NCBI RefSeq assembly: GCF_964204645.1
Contig: NC_134027.1
Location: 6,790,485 to 6,854,484 of the forward strand
Reading direction: 5' to 3'
DNA length: 64,000 nucleotides
DNA from: Tubulanus polymorphus
Lineage: Eukaryota > Animalia > Nemertea
Below the pieces are notes generated by a model. It worked only from the letters and a program-made list of their open reading frames with translations. It did not search any database and was not told where the DNA came from. The translations under genes were made by a program, and so were the position numbers. Numbering within the stretch: the stretch's first letter is position 1; each line of letters starts with the position of its first letter. Shown here in pieces: positions 37,401-64,000 of this stretch.

Positions 37401-40400
37401 TGTATAAATATATGAAAAATATTTTGTGATGCTGAATCATTAAAATAAAACGACATCGAGTCTTCAGTAATGGATCCGACTGGTAAAGCATTCAAATTTG
37501 ATACGTGAAGTTACCGCGCTACGCATGACGACAAGGGTGGACCAAGGATTTTTTGAAAGGGCTGGACCTGAAAAATTGGAATTGGGAATTGGCACTTAAT
37601 TTGAAAAGGGTAGATTTGGCAATGCGAGGGCTGCAAGCGAAACATTGGTGGGGGTTCTGGTGGCTTCCCACAGAAAATTTAGGACAAAAAGGGGCTTTTC
37701 TGGCCATTATCAAATCTCATTTTGATATATTTTTAGTCTTAAAATTTACCTTGCAAAAAGAATTTCCACATCTAAGGCGCACATAAATTTTATCCCGAAA
37801 AATCTAGAATTAACGACAAAAAAGGAATACACCCCTAAATTGGCCGCTTTGTCGATTTATTTTTTTTAAAGAAAAAGAGAAAAAAGGACCGATAGGGTCA
37901 TGTAGTTGCCAGGTTCGTTTGTTTTCTCCCGGAAGTTAATTCTAGATGTCTTTTCTGCAAAATAAGTTCAATTTGGATTTTTATTTATTTTCTGAATGTC
38001 TTTTTCAGTGAATGTCCAAATCCGATGTATACGCTAGTGCGAATATCCGCAAATCGGACGTATTTTGTGTCAGTCCAAATTTCGACTCGCGCAAGTTTAT
38101 CTGTATCATGTAATGAAAACAGTATCCTCGAGATGGCTGGACCTGACAAGACAAATACAAATGCGAATCTAATGACTTCGTTAAATTCTCAATTGATGTG
38201 TCTTTTTTAACTCGAGCTCTTCTTTTTCGGTATCTTGACATTTATGGTATAAAAGTACACAAAGAATTTTTCTATTCTAATGTTTTACTGTTCACCAACC
38301 TCGTTCCAATATAACGCCAGGTGTTATCTGTAGACAGACGTCCTCAATTTTATTCAAAAAACCAAAGCAACAGAAGCCATTCACCTCTAGCCGATATATG
38401 TGTGGCGGCTTATTAAAAGTGCGGAAGAGTAATTCATTATATTTTGTTTTCGAGGCTATTCATGGTGGATTTAAATTACTCCTGTTGGGGAGAGACTTCA
38501 TCGGTGGAGAATTCATCTTCATGTCAATCAGAAGCTTACCGAACGTTTAAATGTTGAGACATCAGACCAGTGTTGAAGTGAAAATGGAAAAGAATTTTGC
38601 GTTATGGTAGCTACATATGTATATATATATATAAATGTAGAATACGAGACAAACATGTATTAAATCGAACAACCTACGTGTTCTATTTCGCTGTGTAGGA
38701 CCGCAATAGACATCATGGTGTATATATGTGAGTTAAGTACGTAGTCAGAGGCGCCAAATTTTCTAAGCGTAAATATCAATTTCAGCCTCAATGTTTCCAA
38801 TGCGTCTACGCCTTGTATAACGAGAATAATTTGTCGATAATTCTCCAAAAACAAGACGTCAATATTACGCATAACCGCCATACTTTCCCCTAAACAAATA
38901 TTTTAACTGATGATTGGAATCAAACAGAATACACGCCTCGATGGGGCATAGAACTGAAAGGGTGCCGCGTATCTATATTTCAGTGTACTGAAGTTAAATG
39001 TAGTATAGGTCTATACATGGACTCTATATATATTCTTATTTTCATCTCTTTTTTTATTATGGACGCACTTCGGTTAATCCAATTAACTGTCGTCAACCAC
39101 TGACTGCGGGTAAAGCAGCTAACGCACGCACACGCACACACACGCGACCAATCCGCCATCGGAAAAAGGTCTTACCGGTGAGACAAGACGTCTGTTTGTT
39201 ATACACTAATTGGATTTCATCTCGTTTCTCCACGGTCAAATCTTCCGCCAGACGTTCGATGGCCAGACTGGTTGGAAAAAATTTTCGTCTGGCCACGTTT
39301 TTATGTAGACATGTTATTCAGAATATATGACATACGTACGTCACGATCAATTTGGATGAAAATGAAATGGATATTTTATGGTCCTGACGATACTATGTTT
39401 AATAATACACCCACCACTAACCGACGGCCTGATCTGGGCCCTTGATTTACTTCTTCCTTGAAATATATATAAATTAAAAAAGGAAAAAAAATTAAAATTT
39501 TTTTCATATCACATAAAATCATAAAAAGTTACTATTCACCACCGAATTTTGATAGTTTCCATATATTCTTGTTCGTATGGATATGATACCATACATAATA
39601 ACCTTAATTTTTCAGCAATACCAAAGTAGATTAAATTGCCCTCGTATCTTTTTCTCGATCCTTGCTTCTGCTTTGAACACTAAAGGGACCATTTCGACGG
39701 AGACCTTATTTTCGCCTAGTCACTAATATACGGCAAAGTTATTTTGCATGTATTCTGACAGGAACATACCTGCCGGTCTTATACTGTACCTGTTGTTTTC
39801 GAAACTAAGGGTAACCCGTCTGGTATATTCAGACTATTACCTGTCGGTGGATTTTGTGCGTGTATGAAAGCCATCCGACCTGCTCATGATAACACAGTTG
39901 GATAACAAGATAAGTTTATGATATCTCCGCTTAGTCGCGATTAGAATCGCGATAATTCTAGTCAAGGACTCAAGGTTAGTTTTTCGTGAGATTTTTCTTG
40001 GTAAAAGAATTGGCCCTTCGCTGCAGTCTCATTTCGATGCCATTGTAAATATGCTCTGGCAACCAATGCATGATAATCTTCCGGGGCAAAAATATCACAA
40101 ATTTCTTGTGTGATAAAAACCCAAGTGCATTCTTAGTTCGTGCGTTTAATTTATGCGTTGTACCCCATACAATTGATAGAGTGCACAGTTTTTTTTTGTC
40201 GGATAATCAGTAATCCCACGTGATACGATCCTCACCTGCCAGGGAACGTGTGTATATTATACAAACCAATAACCAGTGTTACGTAGCATATACCCACTGC
40301 AAACTCAATTTTTAACCCGTTACAAGGCGAAACAGCGGCTATCTTTTTCTAAGCGTCAGAAAAAAGTCCATAAACTTGGATGTAAAACACTAAGAGTTAT

Positions 40401-43400
40401 GTCAAGACATCCACTCTATACCATCGGGCAAACCGACGAATGTGAAAGGCAACACGTTCACCAACACTAATAAAATCTGAACGCTGTATAGCTAGGAGGA
40501 GAATGTAGAGCCAATAATTTTGATAAGCCATTCACCAACCACGCTGTTTTTTAAGGATTAGAGCTTTCGAGTGGGATTTTCCAAAGCAAACGTTCATGTT
40601 TTGGGGCTAGCTTTTACAAGAAGGCATCGTGGGAACAGTGCAGTCAGACTCCCTTATCTGGTCGCTCTAGTCCATACGAAATTAGAGGTTTTATAACCAA
40701 GAAACCGTGAAAAATGCATTGAGAAATACTGCCGATCTAACCCCCTCTTTTAAGCATACGTACATTAACTAGTCCCTTACATATACGTTTCCACGACTGA
40801 ACATTCCATTATGAACGGCAAGGAATTTTATGTTTACACGGAGGATAAACTCTCTGGCACCTTCTATCCACATCACGACGACTTCTGTCACGAAAAAACT
40901 CCAATGATAGGAAAAGACGTAAGAATGTGCTTTACAAAATACAATACTCAGTATTTTTCATTTTTATTTCACTTATGTTTCACTTTCACAATTCCATATC
41001 ATCACGGTTTTACATACAAATAAATTCTCACGTCATTTAGTATCACGGCTAAATTACTCACAGAATGCACTGTATTTAACTAATGTCTCCTTTTAAGTCT
41101 GAGGGATTGATCGCCATTGGATAATACAACAAAAACGGTACATCTATGTAAAAAGCCTCTTGAGTGCTCTTAACAGCCTCAATAAATATTGATATCATTC
41201 CCCTAGAATCAATTAATAACAATCACTCTCCATGATTTTCAGCTATTTATCGCAAATTATGTTTTTACAAAATAATGTGAGTGCATTTACATCAACTGTT
41301 CAGCAGAACTGGGGCCGCGGGGTTCACAACGTTTTTCTTTTTTGTACAGAAAATTAATATTTGTTCGGCTTTAATGACGCTATAACTAAAGCTTTTCAAT
41401 GCTATTCCAATCTGAACAAGCCCCAATTTTCAATGAAATACAATCGGCTGAAAATTCCTACAAATACATCGACTGTTGATAAGGAATACAATGTATCAAC
41501 AATATATACATGAATAACAAAACAATAAATAAATATTCCGAGATATTGCATTAAAAAGTCTCAAAATAGACCTCGCAGATATCAATAATGCCCACATATC
41601 TATATATCATGTATGTTCAATGTGTTTCTATTAATTCAAATCGTTGCTGTTATTCCATACCCAGCCTAAATTCAAACCAGACATGATGAAAAAAATCATA
41701 GGTATGGATTGTCATTAGACAATGGCAATAAGTAAATGCATTCACACCCACGTATATATATATAAAACTAAAAGCTTTGGTGAGTCACGTTAGTGGCGGC
41801 TGCTGCGACTCAAGGTCTAGGGTCCACAACTTCGAACAAAATGAAACCTTGCCACTTCACAGCTGTGTTTTAACACTTTGCCTGAAACTAGTCGATATTT
41901 ATATCTAACCAATGTGTTCGTTTAGATTGAACCGATATCAAAATGACTAAAATTTGATTAATTCCACCAGCGTACAAATCATATCGATGAAATAGGCTTT
42001 ACTGTTACAGCATACTAACCTTTCAACAAGTTTGGTAACTCAATTTTCTTATAACAATGTTACATGTATTTTGGTTTGTGGCCCCCATGAGTAAAATCAC
42101 CTGTCTACTTCATGTACAGATCAGCAGACAGACACTCGAAGGATAGAAGTTCTGTCGATGATGATTTTTACGTAGACATTGCCTCTTTTCACAATAAAAA
42201 CCCACGACTAATATACGGGGATACGAGCAACACGTGAAGTGAAATGGAACAAAGAACGCGTGTTCTCTCGTAGCGCTGAACAATGTGAAAAGCTTAACCG
42301 TAGCGGTTTCAATTTTAGTTTTCAGAATTCAATATCTTTAGTCCGAGTATGTGGAAAATAACAAGAAAATAATGACTCATAAAATAAAATATATCGCCCA
42401 CAAATGATGATAATGATACAAAAAAACCATAAAAGTATGTGAGAGCAAGTTATTGCCTGAATTTTATGTATCGATAACCTTCTAAATACTGTTACCGAGA
42501 ACTATAAAACATTCTTTTATGTTCAGCATCATGGTTTTAAAAAGGCCAACTGTGGCCAAGTGAATTCATCATCATCCAATGGCAACCATCCCTATTTACA
42601 CATAGTGTATAATATAAACAGACAATTTTACACAGCAGTCTTTGAACAAGTAAATTTAGTCAAACACCAATCCTGGTTAAATTCATACATTCATACAATT
42701 CTTTTTAAGCATAATTAATCTTAAGTGCAAACTGTGCCCGTATTTGTCTTTTTTGAAGTTGTAATCCTGCACAACAATTGAAATCGGGAGAAAGTTCCCT
42801 CCTCCATCGTAAAAATGGCTGTGGAACCGACACTCGGGAATATCAAAACACTGAAAGAGTTATTATTAATTCCATGAAAACTTATCTATTCTGGACTCAC
42901 ATCAAGAAATGCTAAAAACGTGGTAAGTGAACACAGCGACATTGAAGGCAAGCAATCAGAATCGAACCTCTTCAACGAGCGGGAAGATGAATGTATCATA
43001 TATAATTATACATAAATCATTGTAGAATCTTAACCCGAACAGAAAATTCCATCGAAGGTGTACGTACACGAGAAGCATATCGTAATAGAGCTCATCGTTT
43101 AGTCAGCTTTTAAATGAGCTAATGTGATTGCGTTCAACTAAGTATATAATGAAATGATGAAAGTAGGAAATTACATTATATTAGAACGAGAATGACAGGA
43201 AGACTTGAGACTGGATCTATTATGTATTAATGTAGATGTCTGAACAAGTGATTTTTTTCAGTGATTTTTGTATGAAAATCATTCAACCTTCTATATTGTA
43301 TATATGTATATCTAAACATAATGTATAGGCCTGTATAGATGAAAATGCCGTGATATTTTCTTTACTTATCCCTGTTTCAAAGTAACTGCTCTGTCAGTAC

Positions 43401-45621
43401 TAGCCGTTCTTTTTTTCAAGTTAAAATTCTTTCCAATGAATTCAAAAGCATTCAACCGGACATCTTCATGGCCAATATAAAAAGCGGATTCTATTTCGAT
43501 CATGGAATAAATGCAGCCAGAATTGACAAACTGTTAAGAGAGCCAGATTCTAGTAAACATTCTAGTAAACATTGGTAAAAATCACTTGTCAGTGCATCAA
43601 CATTCAGATGATGCTGCTGCTGCTGCTGCTGCTCTGGGATAGCCGGTGAAATTACATAGTAAGTGCCTATTTGTAAAGCTACTCTCAAATAAATTTACAA
43701 TATTATAATATTTCAATCATATTGAGAATAATTGAATAATATTAATAGAGATGATAATAATGACAAAAATAATGATAATAATTAATAATAATGATAATAA
43801 TAATAATCATAATACTGATAACGACTTTTAAGAAGCAGGCCCATCATATAATCATTAATTAAGAGACATATTATAAGCTATCACAGTCGAACATTATAGC
43901 GCAGGCCTGCTTCAACAATTTATTGTGTGTCCGAGAAAATCATCAATCCTTATCTCATCGATTTAGTTTTCATATGGATGCAAAATGAAAAACTGTCAAA
44001 ATTCTTATGCTGAAGATACAAAATGAGAAAGGCAGCACAGAAATTTATGCGGGAAAAATGGGGGGGGGGGGGGGGTAAAGACGAGGGGGGAGTGAGGAGG
44101 AAAGGAAGAAGTTCTTTTTACAATGATCTATTCTAAGAGATTCACAAAACACACATTTCCAAATGACACAATAGAGGTTAACTAACAATCATATCATCTC
44201 ATTTAAATTCACTTTCTCGAGCTGTTTTAATCGCTGATATCTGCAAAAAGTTAGTTTCTTATACCAATCATTATTACAGTAGTGAATCGCGGTAGTAGGA
44301 ACTGTTATTCATCGAATAGCAGGTCACTTCGTGATGATTTTTCAAATTACATTTCTACAATTTCACCTACTGGGTATTTGAATGTCTGAAATTCCCGTCA
44401 ACTCTTGGCATGTTTTTCTAGCATTGGGGACATTTCATCGTTTCATGCAATTAGACGACATGCACAAATATGAAAACAACATCTGTCCACTTGAAACGTT
44501 TTTCTAAATAGTAATTAAGATATTGCAATTTTCACGGCGCTGTTAATCCGCTTGTAAAGCCATTAATCAATGCCATTTTTTCAAGTAACAATTTACTGAA
44601 ATACATATCATAGACATATTCATCAAGTCTATTTGACGACAAGTAGGCCTCACTTAGCCTTAATAGATGTATCAATTAAGTAATCAAATCAAATTACCCC
44701 GAGTGGTACGTATAAAACATTCACTTTTTATCAATAAAATAAAGAAAAAAGGATTTAATCAATTACTTGATTTGATCTCGGATACTCCCAAGATTTGATT
44801 CAACTAAAACAAAAATTGACATATATCTAATGAAGGGAAAACATGAGCCCACTGTACAGCAACTGCCGTTGTTCATTGAACGAACTTCATTAGAAAACGC
44901 AATGAGGATATGATGTCGTAGATATGCAACAACTGAAATTAACGTTTGTTATCTCTAGGTTAGCTATAGATTTGCTATTTCCAGCTTGGACTACCTCGAT
45001 CGTGTACGTAGACCCATAGAAGAATCAAATAGTTTAGTGGGAAATATCAGACGCCGTCAGTCAGTCAGATGGAAAAAATATATATCAGTTTTTAATTCTA
45101 GCTCTGATTTCATAGGAAATGTTAGCATTTTGAACTGGCAGTAATAATGTATTATGAAACCATTTATCCAACAGAAAATGTTTTCGTTGGCGCAAAATTA
45201 TGTTATTAGAAGCACTGCGCACATATTCGCAAGAGAAACAGAAGTAATGGTATATCTGATAAGAATCAAACTTCATTCAAACAATCAAAAGTTCATACGT
45301 ACATAGGCGGTTGTTTAACAACCCATTGTATGACATGTTCATTATCATAATCATCAAAACCCTCATAAAAATCCGAATCATCATTTTAGTATGAACGAAC
45401 ATAACAAATTTTAGCTTTAGAGAGGGAAGCTGAGCAGTATTATTATCGAAATCATCCTTGCACACACTCGACATCAACTTAAACACATTGACTACCAGGG
45501 CCAGTTGTTACAACCAATTCGGCTAGATTTACGCTCACCAGCACCAATTCTGTGACGAGGGGTTGAGCAAGTTGAGCATGCAAATCATCATCGTTATTTC
45601 ACATCTGGTAAACGTTGTAAT

Positions 45622-45624
<3 letters not shown>

Positions 45625-45656
<32 letters not shown>

Positions 45657-45660
45657 CTGT
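45625..45660. repeat. (CTG)n trinucleotide microsatellite just downstream of the receptor gene stop
   Basis: gctgctgttgctgctgctgctgctgctgctgctg; a second (CTG)n tract is at ~43611-43632. Confidence 0.85.
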
Positions 45661-45768
45661 GGCGGCTGCTAACGAGGTCACATCGAATGACGGGGCAACA
45701 GTGGTCGGTCGGTCGGCGCGGACACCGTTCTGTGATCAAGTAGAATATACAGATTCTACCCACAGATA

Positions 45769-64000
<18,232 letters not shown>

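Noticed and set aside
34731-40470. Scattered short ORFs between the foldback and the receptor gene
   Set aside because: No recognisable motifs and no consistent exon chain; a gene here cannot be supported or excluded.

Overview
AT-rich, intron-containing invertebrate (metazoan) genomic DNA. I reconstructed four spliced genes by hand. (1) A GRDP1/DUF1399-like glycine-rich domain protein on the minus strand (2011-5621). (2) A fold-type II PLP serine/threonine dehydratase on the plus strand (11385-13050), with a probable GC-AG intron. (3) Phosphorylase kinase beta, PHKB, on the minus strand (13735-25021), ending in a CaaX motif. (4) A CUB-LDLa-TM receptor with a PMEPA1/LDLRAD4-type tail on the minus strand (45769 to beyond 64000). 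The most striking structure is a ~9.5-kb foldback-type element (about 25126-34613) inserted ~105 bp upstream of the PHKB ATG. It has a target-site duplication, and its inverted arms are built from 64-bp tandem repeats (~44 and ~26 copies). It encloses a non-coding core packed with nested MITEs. Many other small TIR elements (one a Harbinger derivative with a Myb/SANT relic) and microsatellites are scattered through the window. No CRISPR array, rRNA or convincing tRNA is seen. Family assignments come from remembered motifs, not database searches.
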